Assembly (NCBI GenBank): GCA_964252035.1
Contig: OZ176203.1
Direction: 5' to 3' (one strand)
DNA length: 64,000 nt
From: Podarcis erhardii
Taxonomy: Eukaryota
Positions 39,554 to 51,500 of this stretch are shown here, in pieces. The notes under the pieces are model-generated. The model was not told the origin of the DNA and did no database searches. It worked only from the letters and a program-made list of their open reading frames with translations. Each line of letters begins with the position of its first letter. Position 1 is the first letter of the stretch. The position numbers and the translations under genes are program-made.

Positions 39554-42500
39554 CTTAGACTGGTGGTGTACCAAGTACCCAGACAGGCATGGCTCATCTA
39601 CTCAGGTGTCTGTTATGCAGGCCAGATCAGATGTTTGTTTGTTAAATGGACTAGATATTGTTTTTAAAAGTCAAGGATTATTTTTTTAAAAAAGGGATTT
39701 CTGAGGTTTCTGTTACTGTTCACTAGCCATCTTGAGTCTCTTCGGAGAAATAGGGTAGAAATTTTAAAATTAAAATCAATCAGAACAGCAAACTTTAACT
39801 AGCAACCCATGTTGTAACCAGTCCTGGGTACCAAAGTAACGTTTAACAATATTCCTAATAGTTCATTTGGCTGTTGGAAACATGAATGTTTGTTCTTTAT
39901 GCTGAAAAACATGCCACCCCCTTTTGCAGGAGCTGAGGGAGATACATAACAAGCAGCAGCTGCAGAAGCAAAAGAACATTGAAGCTGACAGGCTAAAGCA
40001 GAAGGAGCAAGAGAGGAAATCAGAAATGGAAAATCAAAAAGATAGTCAGAGGTAAGTAAAATTTATTAAAAATGTACTTTTCACATTCTCTGTGAAAAGG
40101 ATACAATCAGAACTTTGTGCATCAAGATATTTGGCATTCTAGAGAAGAACACATTGCCTACAAATATAGGAAAGGCTGCATAGGGTGTAGAGAACTTCTG
40201 GTCCAGTCTTGGCCTGGCAGGGTTTCTGATTTGACACACAAGGCCATTTTCTGTGAATCACACCAACCTGTCAGGTGATGTCACCTGATTGGTTGGGATC
40301 CAGTCCTGTTTAGCTTGACTACGTATGCTAGTTCCCTGGCACACACAGTTGATCCCTGTAGAAAGCAGGTGTGAATCTTCCACCTATCAGTTGATGGGTG
40401 GATGATTCAGTCCTTGGTATGACTGCACAGTTCAGTTCTGCCCATGAAGAACTAGCATGTGCAACTAATCCCTGCCCAAAACAGAACTGAACTGTGTGCA
40501 GGCTGCTCAGTGCTGCTTGATTTGGATGAGCAAGGGAATTTCATGCAAGGAACGCAGAGGCCTCAGCCCTACAGAAAACAGAATTGTTGTTATGATTAAT
40601 ACTAGAGGTGCCTGTTCTGCTTTTGTAATAACTTGATTGTTTAGTGTGGCATCGCCTACATTTTGGAACTTCCTGCCTATTGAGATCAAGCAGGCAGTTT
40701 CACTCTATTCTTGTTTAGACAAGCCTACCCTGATGCTTAGAAATTTGAAGTAATTTTAATCTCTTAATATTTTAAGTTTTTTATGTTTTAAAGTAGGGGT
40801 GTAAATTTTTCTTGATTTTATTATCTTTTTGTAAACCACTTTGATGTGTTTTTCCTCTCAGTCAAGTGGTGTATATATTTTATGAAATAAATAAAAATAA
40901 TTTTATTATCCACCATTTACCATAAGGCTCCAGGGAAGGTTATAGCAATTTTAACAATATAATATAATACACCTTTAAATCAACAGACGTCCACATAAAC
41001 TACAGGAATTCACGTTTCTCTTCTTCTCCCTCCCGCCCTCCATGCACCCCCAACATCTGGTCTGCAGATACTTCCAATCCTCAAGAGCAGATTTTGGGTG
41101 TGCAGGGGGCTTCAGGGAGGGGCAGGGAAAAGAAGGACCATTACATGAAGAAACACCCACTCACACTACATTGGATCTCTCCCACTGATCTATTCAGGCA
41201 ACGTGCCTATATCATGCCTGTTTTATTCTTCTGCACCAATTAGAAGAACCCGAGAGAGACAGTGGCTAGACAGAATACAACAGGAGGAAGAACTCCCACG
41301 GCCAAGAAAAATTCAAGAAGAAGAAAAGCAAAAATGGGAGGAATTAAGCAAAAAGAAGGAGAATGATGAGAAGAGCAAACAAGAAGTGCAAGAAAAATTA
41401 GATAAACTTTTTCATCCATTTAAAGATGCAACAAAACCAGCTTTGCAAGCTCCCTGGTCAACTGCAGGTACAAATCCTGTTATGTACATGAGAAGTGTTA
41501 TTCCCGTCATATTATTATGTACAGATGTGTATCTTTTTAAAATAAAATATTCAGGTTTTGTCAGGGAGGAAAACTTAATCCAAAACAGAAGCAAGTCTGA
41601 ATCTGTATTTTATTTAACCCAGTTCCAAATGAATCTGCACCATTTCTTGAAAGTCTCTAAACCCAAACTAGAACAGAACTGAAAATACATTCTAGTTACT
41701 GGGTTCAGAGTTTGCCTCTTGTGGTGAAAATCTATTCATTCTTCCCACCCCAAACTTATATAGACCTGCAGGATAGGTAAATGGCATTACTTGGAATGTA
41801 AGTTCCATAAAGATTCTCCATCACTGGGAGAAGTCAATGTTAGATGATACCAGGACACATTGTTTCCAGTCTTGGACCTCTGAGAAAAATGTACAGTCAT
41901 ACCTCATGTTGCGTTTGGTTCATGTTGCGTCTTTTCGGCTTGCGAATGCGGCAAAGCACCGGAAGTCACGTTGCAGGCCTCGTGAGACCTCAGAGATGCT
42001 GTCCAAGGGCTTGCGAGACCTTGGAACCCGACTTCCGGTGGCACCAGAAGTCAGGTTCCAAGGCCAGGCGGGCGGGGGGCATGATGTTATGATGTCGCAC
42101 ACACTGGGCATAACCTGGGGCCCAAATTGGCTCCCCTCTTTCCCAGCAACTGGTGTTCAGAGGCATAGGGCTTATGATACCAAAGTAATAATAGCCATCA
42201 TGGCTAGTATCCATTGATAGTCTTATCCTCCATCCTTGGCCCTCTTTTAAAGCCATCCAGGTTGGTGGCAATTACTCCATCTTGTTGGAGCAAAATCCAT
42301 TGTTCAGCAGTGTTCTGTGTAGAAGTACTTCCTTTTGTCTGTCCTGAATTGCCCACACCTTGGGGTTGTTGAATAGCCATGGTTATAGCATTATGAAAAA
42401 GAGAGAGACTTGTCTCATGAATTTCTCCACACGAATGATAAATTTATACCCCTTTTATAGTGCTCCCCTCAGCATCAATGATGGCAGCCACACTCTCCCT

Positions 42501-45500
42501 CCCTCCTAGTGTAAGTAAAGAGTGGGAGTGCTTGGTGTTCCAGAGGTTAGCTTTCCCTATATGCTTAGTTAACTTTATCTTTCATAATGCTTTGAACATG
42601 TTTTCCCAAAACAGGCATATTTTTGATAGATTTTATGTATCCTATGAATATACTTTTTATTGTATGCATGGGTGTGCATTGTACTGATACAAAGCCCCTT
42701 AGTATATATGCCATAAGGGCTATTACACTTCAATTATGAGTTTGTTGCAGTGCATCCTCAATTCTTTAGATACAACAGAGTAAAAAAAATCACATACAGA
42801 TTAGATTCTGACTTAGTTTCAAAAGTTTTACATGCAAATACGATTGACTTTCCTTTGTTTCTCCTTTGGTAAAATGAAGACAACATTTATTCTGTTCAGA
42901 AGTATAATGAAAAATAGTGTAACATTTGGGCAAGCAAAAATGCCCTTTTTTCAAAGATATAATAAACCTTGTTATGCTTTTGCTTTTGTGCATATAGAAA
43001 AGGCTCCATTAACAATTTCTGCTCCGGAAGATGTAAAAATAGTCTATTATCGAGCACTTTATCCATTTGAATCCCGAAGTCATGATGAAATCACTATCCA
43101 GCCAGGAGACATAATCATGGTAAGAGAAGAATACAGTGTTACACAAAAACACAAATGTTGTATCTATCATAATGATAGATAACATGTTGTGAAACTGTAA
43201 CGTCCTAGAGGCTGAAAGGTCAAATTAAGATGGAGTGGTCTCTTAAAGTAGTGTACTTAGCCTAGAGGAAATAGAACTGACAATGGAAATGGAACACTGT
43301 CACCGCCCTAGCCTGAATGAAGTTGATGCTCCATTAGTAGGGCCAAAAAGGGAGTGTGTTGGGGAGAAAAAAGACTTGGATCTGAAGGATCATTCGTCCC
43401 CAAACTGGGGAGAGATTTATTCCAGATCAGGTTCCTTCCTGCCCACAGTCTTAGTAGTGCAGCCCATAATGCAGGCTTCCCCAATGATCATAAAGGTCTT
43501 CAGCATGAGCTATTGCTCCACCTTGTTGTCAAAGGCAGGAAATCAAACTGAGGGAGGGATGTGGCTGTCCCAGAATGCACTTGTTTGTGTTTTCCTACCT
43601 TCATTGAAGCATTTTTAAGTACTTATGATCTGCAGTTTCATAAAATATATGAAGTCGGCTTACAACATAAAACATTAAAAAACCAATCTATAGATATCAG
43701 TACAATTACAGTTGTTCCAACTCATTGTGTCTCCTACCCTAGAAAGATTTAGATTACATTGCTGCAAAAATTTTGCAGTCTGTAATCGATTTATTGCAAC
43801 TGGTTATTTTGAGACAACAGCAGTTTCTGCAAAATATCTGCTTTTATTTCACATTTGGATTTTATTAAAGCCATAATCACTACAAATGTACTTTGGGGTT
43901 GTTGTTTTTAAGTAGCTGTAACGTCATGGAATAGTTAGTACATGCAGCAATAACACTGTTCCTTAATTTTCAGATGCCATGCTTTTTGGAGAAAATTCAT
44001 TAATTGTGTATTGTATCTTATATAATACATGGTTTATTTGTACAGGTGGATGAAAGCCAAACTGGAGAGCCTGGGTGGCTTGGAGGTGAACTGAAAGGGA
44101 AAACAGGATGGTTTCCTGCAAACTATGCAGAGAGAATTTCTGAAAATGAAATTACAAATTCTGTAAAGCCGGTAACTGATGCTGGAGCTGCACCTAAAGT
44201 TTCATTGCGTGAAACCCCCACAACACCACTGGCACCGCCTGTTCCTACAGATTCAAGTACAACTGCCAACAACTGGGCAGACTTCAGTTCAACGTACGGT
44301 TTCATTGGGGTTCAATTTTCCTTTCTTTCTTCTTTATAACTGTAAAGGTGAATAATCCACATGGTTTAAAGTAGTCTTGCAGTTAAGTCTGCAAAACATT
44401 TGAGCCACCTTTAATATCTTAGTTGTTTATGGCATATTGGTAGCATTATGAAGTCAATTCAGCATCATAGCAAATACACTTACAAAAGTTCATACTAACA
44501 AAATTATTACTAGCCTGCCACATGTCATGAATTGCTTTATTGAAAATATTTTCTCCTGTGCATGTAAGAGTACATCAGGATGGAATTCAGATCCACCTAT
44601 TGGTGGCAGGAAGAATTCTCTCTCTTAAAATTCCAATTCTGGAGCACCAGTCATCTCACAGAAGCAGTTTAAGATTCTGCTTCATTTTTGTGGTAGCAAT
44701 TTTTATGTATATATAATTTTAGTTACATTATATTATTACACTTTGTAGCCAAGACCTATACATCAAACAAGCTTGTTTGTCAGGAAAAACCTTGTTTTTC
44801 TCATATTACAAACTTTAAAAAACCCAAAGAAATAAAATGGTTTTTTTAAAAAAGACCGTTCATGTAACTTCAAAGGCAGTGAGACAAAATATTATCATAG
44901 TTGCCTGGGAGCCTTTCATTGCTGGTTCCTCTTAGCTGATCCTAAGTGTCTGAGGAAAGAGGCACCAGCACCGAGCTAATACCTGACTGTCGCAAAAATG
45001 TGCTGGTGAATATCAGTATCTCTTTCTGAGTTCTCAGGTTTGGGTAAAGATTGCCACAGCAGTAGTGAATATTTTGTAGATGAGGGAGATTTAGGATACT
45101 ACAGTCTGGGGCAGGAATAAGCATTAATTTGAAGAGTATGCAATATTCAAGAAATAAGAGGAACAGAATTGTGTGTGTTTTCAGTTCAGACCCATCATAC
45201 TTTTCTTTTTCAGATGGCCAGCAAGTACTAGTGATAAACAAGAGACTGATAACTGGGATGCTTGGGCAGCACAACCTTCCCTTACTGTTCCAAGCACAGG
45301 GCAGTTGAGGCAAAGATCTGCCTTCACCCCAGCCACTGTTACTGGATCATCTCCTTCTCCTGTCTTGGGTCAGGTGCGTTGTCATTTCACAACAGGAGTA
45401 GAGTAGTACTATTTGGTTGTAAGCCTAAAGTTAAGTTTAATGTTGTGTCCTGCATATGTCAATGAGTTAGTTCTAAGATTATCACACAAATAAATGGGGG

Positions 45501-48500
45501 GGGGGCTAAAATAGCACAAGTTTCCATATATAGACATAGAATCATATAATTGTAGAGTTGGAATGATAAGTGTGATTAACATTTCAGGTACAGTCATACC
45601 TCGGGTTACGAACACTGCGGGTTGCGCGTTTTCGGGTTGCGGACTGCGCCGAACCCGGAAGTACCAGAACGGGTTACGGCGCAGAAGTGCAAAATGACAT
45701 CACGCGCATGTGCAGAAGCGCCAAATCGCATCACGCATGTGCGCAGGTGCTGTGCTTCAGGCTGCGAACACTGCGGGTTGCGAATGTGCCTCCCGCACGG
45801 ATCACGTTCGCAACCAGAGGTATGACTGTATTCTTGATTCTCCAGTCATTAGTGTACCCCAGAGCTTTCCAAACTGTGTGTCGCAAGACATTAGTGTGTT
45901 GGCTGAAGTGTGTAGGTGTGTCGTGCGAACACTTTCCATGGGACTGTAAAGGGGTTAGTTTAACCTTTGGTTTGCTAGTTAAACTGAGTTACTGTGTTGC
46001 GAAATGATGCATGTCTAAAAAGTGTGTCACCAACATGAAAAGTTTGGAAAGCTCTGGTGTACACAGTAGTGCTACCCTGATACCATGTAAACATAGTGGC
46101 ACAATGACAAACTCAAAATAATTTTGTACATTTGCTATATGCATTAAAGTCAGCCTTTAAATTTATTAAATAGTTTTCATGTGTGTTAAATATAAATAAG
46201 CTTCTCAGTAAATCAGTGCTTTCCAGGAGTAGTTCAGTGGGAGAGCACATGCCTAGCAGTTGACATCTCTGCTGTGGGTAGAAATAACTCCTGCCTGAAA
46301 TCCTGGAAAGCCACTTCCAGACAGTGTAGATACAAACTTGATACAAACAAACTTGATGACAAACAATACAGCTTTTCATGTTAAGTACTTGCAAATAAAT
46401 GTAGAGCTGCAGATAGAATGAATTGTGGTGTACAATTCATGCAAATGCAAGAAACAGTTTACTCTTACGGAGTAGATGGGAAGAGCTTAGAAATCATGAT
46501 AAACCACTATTGTTTCCTGAAACACACTGCATAAATTACTGTTCTCTTCCTATATCTAACCAGGGTGAAAAAGTGGAGGGACTTCAAGCACAGGCCCTGT
46601 ATCCTTGGAGAGCCAAAAAGGACAACCATCTTAATTTTAACAAGAATGATATTATCACAGTGTTAGAACAGCAAGACATGTGGTGGTTTGGTGAAGTTCA
46701 AGGGCAAAAAGGCTGGTTTCCTAAATCGTATGTGAAGCTTATTTCAGGTCCTATAAGGAAATCAACAAGGTATTTGATTTTGTCAGACGTTATGGGACCT
46801 TTCTTTTTCTGTATATAAAAGTTTAAAGCTGCCATCATGTTCTGCAGTTCATGTGCAGTTCATTGGCAGCTACACCAACTCCAGTGTGACAATCGGCAGG
46901 CAGGAGAGTGAGGAAGTAGCACTAGTGGCAGGCGTTTACTGTGGGAAGAAGAGATGCTTCACAAAGCAGTATAGTAAGCTGTGCTGTGAAGCACACACAG
47001 AGTCTGTGTTAAGTGCAGCTGCAGAGAGGAGGGGGGCAGAGACGCTTCACAGAGTGTTTAGCAAGGCGCTGTGTAAAGCACTCCCCTCTTTTAAAAGTGG
47101 GTGGAGGTTGAGCTGGGCTGTGAAAGGAGAGAGAGGGGCAAGCTGTGGGGGGGGGAGACGAGAGGGGTGGGTGAGGTGTAAAGGGAGGGGTCAGGTATGG
47201 GGAAAGTGCGATTGGCACAGGAGTAGGCAGAGCTGGTGAGTGCAGCAAGCAGGAACAGAAGCCCTGGTGTGTAATAACATTTGAAAAGAATCCCACTAAA
47301 ATTTTATTTAGGCCCTTGCCATGTTTCTCTTTAATGTGCATGTATAGGACGGTGGTCCGAGTGCCTTTAACAAAAGAGAGGCAGAGGAAGTATTAAGTAC
47401 CTTCAAAAAACTGTTGTTTTTGGAAACTTAATAAGCACAACACAAATAAAACAAAGAACAAGAATTGTGTGGAGCACATTATTGCATTTAGAAAAAATAA
47501 ACAAACAAAGTTCAGTATGTTTTTCCAGAAAACTGAATAAAGTAGATTCCACAAAGGGACATTTTGGAACATATCAATAAAATAGCCTCACCACACAGAG
47601 CTTTGTGTTGTTGGAGGCCCATGCAGTTCACTATTTTTATTTATAAAGCATATAAACGGAGACCCATCTTAGAACCTTCCTTTGATGGGTTAAATGCTCA
47701 GACAAGGCAGCATCTCACACCCTCAAATTATCCATCCCTAGAGGGGACTGATGAAGACTTAACTACTTTTGTACGATGTGGAAGTACTATTAAGATTGCA
47801 AATAAAAATTAGAACAATGTTTATAAAAGAAATACTTCCACTTTTATCATTGTGCTCTGCACTCTTTTCATATTCTGTAACCATATTAATTTAGACAATA
47901 AAATGTTTACACTTGTTTCTTTAAGCATGGATTCTGGGTCTTCAGAGAGTCCTGCTAACCTGAAGAGAACATCACCAGTTACAAAATCTTCAGTTTCAGG
48001 GGAAGGTAAGAATGTTTTAACTGGAGAGCCCTGAAAATACCATGATTTGTTGCCCAGAGTGGCTAGGGCAACCCAGTCTGATGGGTGGCATGTAAATAAT
48101 AAAGTTGTTGTAGTTGATACTATTGCCTGGGTGTTTGAGAGCAAAACTATGTGAAATAAACAGTATCATCAAACTTTCCTGTGTTACATTTTCTGCAAAG
48201 CAATTGTTTTGATAACTAAATTGCACAGTTTGCACATTATGGCAAACTATTATTGATTCTTATGAGCCTCAGGCCTTGTTTTCATCTTGCACTGGCTTGA
48301 AGTCATTTTGTGAGAACAGAAATAGCTGGTGGATTTCAGTACAGTGGTACCTTGGGTAACAGATGCTTCAGGTTACAGACTCTGCTAACCCATAAATAGT
48401 ACCTCGGGTTAAGAACTTTGCTTCAGGATGAGAACAGAAATTGTGCTCCAGTGGCGCAGCGGCAGCAGGAGGCCCCATTAGCTAAAGTGGTGCTTCAGGT

Positions 48501-51500
48501 TAAGAACAGTTTCAGGTTAAGAACGGACCTCCAGAATGAATTAAGTTCTTAACCCGAGGTAGCACTGCACTTGAGAGCAGAATGTATCCTGTATTACATT
48601 ACCCTTTTTCTATTGGGCATTAGGACAATATGATTGACAAGTACCTTCTCATTTCTAAAAATTTCCTCCCTCCAGAATATGTTGCCATGTACACTTACGA
48701 AAGTTCTGAACAAGGAGATTTAACATTTCAGCAAGGGGATTTAATTCTTGTCACCAAGAAGGATGGAGACTGGTGGACAGGAACGTTGGGCGATAAATCA
48801 GGAGTATTTCCATCTAACTATGTTAGACTCAAAGACTCTGAGGTAAAATGCACACATATGCATGCATTTTATTAAAAAAAACTAATAATTAGTGGGCCAC
48901 ATGTGGAGGGCTAATTTTATAAAGCAGAGTTGAAAGTAGAATGGATTTAGATTTCAGTATACCACAAGGTGGTATTATGTTTGACTTTCAGAATTACTGA
49001 ATATGACTTGACACATTTACAAATTGCCTACGTTAAACATTCATGTAGACTGTAATGTGTGACAATCCTGTAAAATTGCTTGTGTTTTTACATGTTATAT
49101 CTGCATGTAATACAGTAGCTGTGTCGTGTGTGTGCAATTGCTGTCGTTGAAAGTCAAAGTGAATATAACCCAGATGAAATTATGCAAATTAAATTAAGCA
49201 GATTTGCCCTCATGGCTGCAAACTTTCTTGGTGCCCAGTTCGGATTGCCAGAACGCAGGTTCTGTTTTCCTTCATCAGAGTATACATAGCTCTAACTCTA
49301 ATGTTGTCATTTAAGATAGGAATAATAGAAAAGGGCTCCCATATATGAGAACCATCAATTTTCCTTGCTCTATACCTAGCCCAGGAATGAGGACTTGTAG
49401 TTTGCCCAAGGGCTTGCATGAACCCTGTGAGACTTTTGCCACTTACTTTCAGCAGCAGAATATCTTACCTTACAATATTACAGTTTTGAAAACTTCTCTA
49501 TTTCCAAAGCAGCTTGCCATGTTCTCTATGGAAGTGTGAGTTATGTTTGTTCTATTATTTAAAGGTGCCTGGAACAGCTGGAAAAACAGGAAGCTTAGGC
49601 AAGAAACCTGGTAAGCTGTACTCTGAGAAACAAAATAACTTTTTCAAAATAATTCTTTTCCCACTCTTGAATCATTTTACAGATATAACTATACAAAGGA
49701 TTTTAAAGAATAAGTGCATTTGCCCTACAGCTTTTTAATATCATACCAGTGGCATGACTTACAGGCACTTCTGCACGAAATATAAATGTGAAGATTTTGT
49801 AAGATGGGGTGCCTGACTCTTTATCCTCTCATTGATAATGAGCTTTGAGACACATGACTTTCTTTTTAGAACACAGTGTTGAGGACTGGCATTACATTTA
49901 GCTCAGCACTGCGTTGTTGGAGCTCCTATTACAACTGACCTTCAAGTGATTAGCTTAAGAGGAAGCATAAATTGAAGTAGTGTAGTAAAATGTTCTGATT
50001 ACATTGCATCATATCATTCAGTTGTTTCTGGTGTGGTCTAATTTTGCTGTTTAAAAAACAGAAACTCCCTGATAGCTATATTGAAAACTGTCCTATTTGC
50101 AATCCGTAGATGAAATGGCAAGAACCACACTATAACAATTGGAGACACAATACAATGGAAGTGATTTTCAGATTAATGAAAATAATTTCTTTTTGAATTA
50201 ACAGAAATTGCTCAAGTTATTGCTTCGTACATAGCAACAGGTCCTGAACAGCTTACGCTTGCTCCTGGTCAGCTAATACTTATCAGGAAGAAGAATCCTG
50301 GTGGATGGTGGGAAGGAGAGCTTCAAGTTAGTGACTATTTTTGGCTCTTACCTTTTACTTATGTATAAAGAGAATGAAAGCTACAAAAACTGTAGACATA
50401 AAAGGAAATATTTATCTGGTGCTGTTATTTATTTATTTTTAAACCTAGTCTGAAATGAAAGTGATATCTTTTCAAACCAATCATTTTTTTCATCAACAGC
50501 TTCCTGGCACTTCTTTTCCTTTTTATGTTTGGGGTAACAATTCCATCACTCATGAGAAAAATGGCATGTAGTTTTTAACTTGGTGTGGAGTGAATTGCTA
50601 TGCTGCCCCATTTAGACTATTAAATAGGGCAGCACAGCAGTTCCCTCTATATGAATTAAACCCTTGAAGGCAATGATAGTAGCACTCTTTAAACTGAAGA
50701 GATTATGGTGCTGTGGCCGTGGCAATCATGCTTGCCTGTTGCTGTGTATTTATACCTTTGCTTAATTAGGCTTTGCACATACACAGTTAATGGCATTAAA
50801 ATTTAGAAAGAATGGAAATATATAAAAACAGCATATAAAAACCTCCTGTTTAAAAGGAGCTATACCGGTAAAGAGAGTGATGATTTAACAATTATTTCTC
50901 CCTGGATGATAATGAATGTCAAAACAGGACAAAATGAATAGCTCAACTATTAAGAGTTGCTTTTGAAATCTGTGGTCCATACTAGGGGCTAGAGGTCCTT
51001 GGCAAATTTTTTCTTGATAATGTCAAAACTATCAGATCTGTAATTCACTTTTTGCAATGCAGTAAAGGAAGTGTATTGATGAGGCAGCTATATCTACTTA
51101 ACCAATTACCACACAGCAACAGATGTCATTACATTTACAGCCATAACTAATGGAAAATCAGGTCAACTTTATTAGGAGGGCCATACTTTAGGGCACAGTA
51201 TTGACAGTCTGATATACTATTTTCAAAGGCCTAAGGCCAAAGTCAACTAAACAGTCGCACTAATGGGATCCTGCTAGTGCAACATGGTTTCCCCCCTTTG
51301 TCCCCCCGGCAATTGGCTCTGTGGAAAGATGGTTCTGTCAGTTCATTTCTGCTTGCCTGAAATGAATTCCAAAGTTGAATTCCATCCATAAACTTAGATC
51401 CAAACAACTCTGGGTGGAGTTCCATTTGTGCAATGGCATTTTCCTGACTCACCCTTTCTAGTCTGCGTCTTGCACATCCAATAAGCTTTTTCTGTGGGTC

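Noticed and set aside
45374-46563. Equivalent of the mammalian alternative terminal exon 22a
   Set aside because: The intron is mostly two MITEs and a SINE; read-through stops after 10 codons; nothing recognisable.
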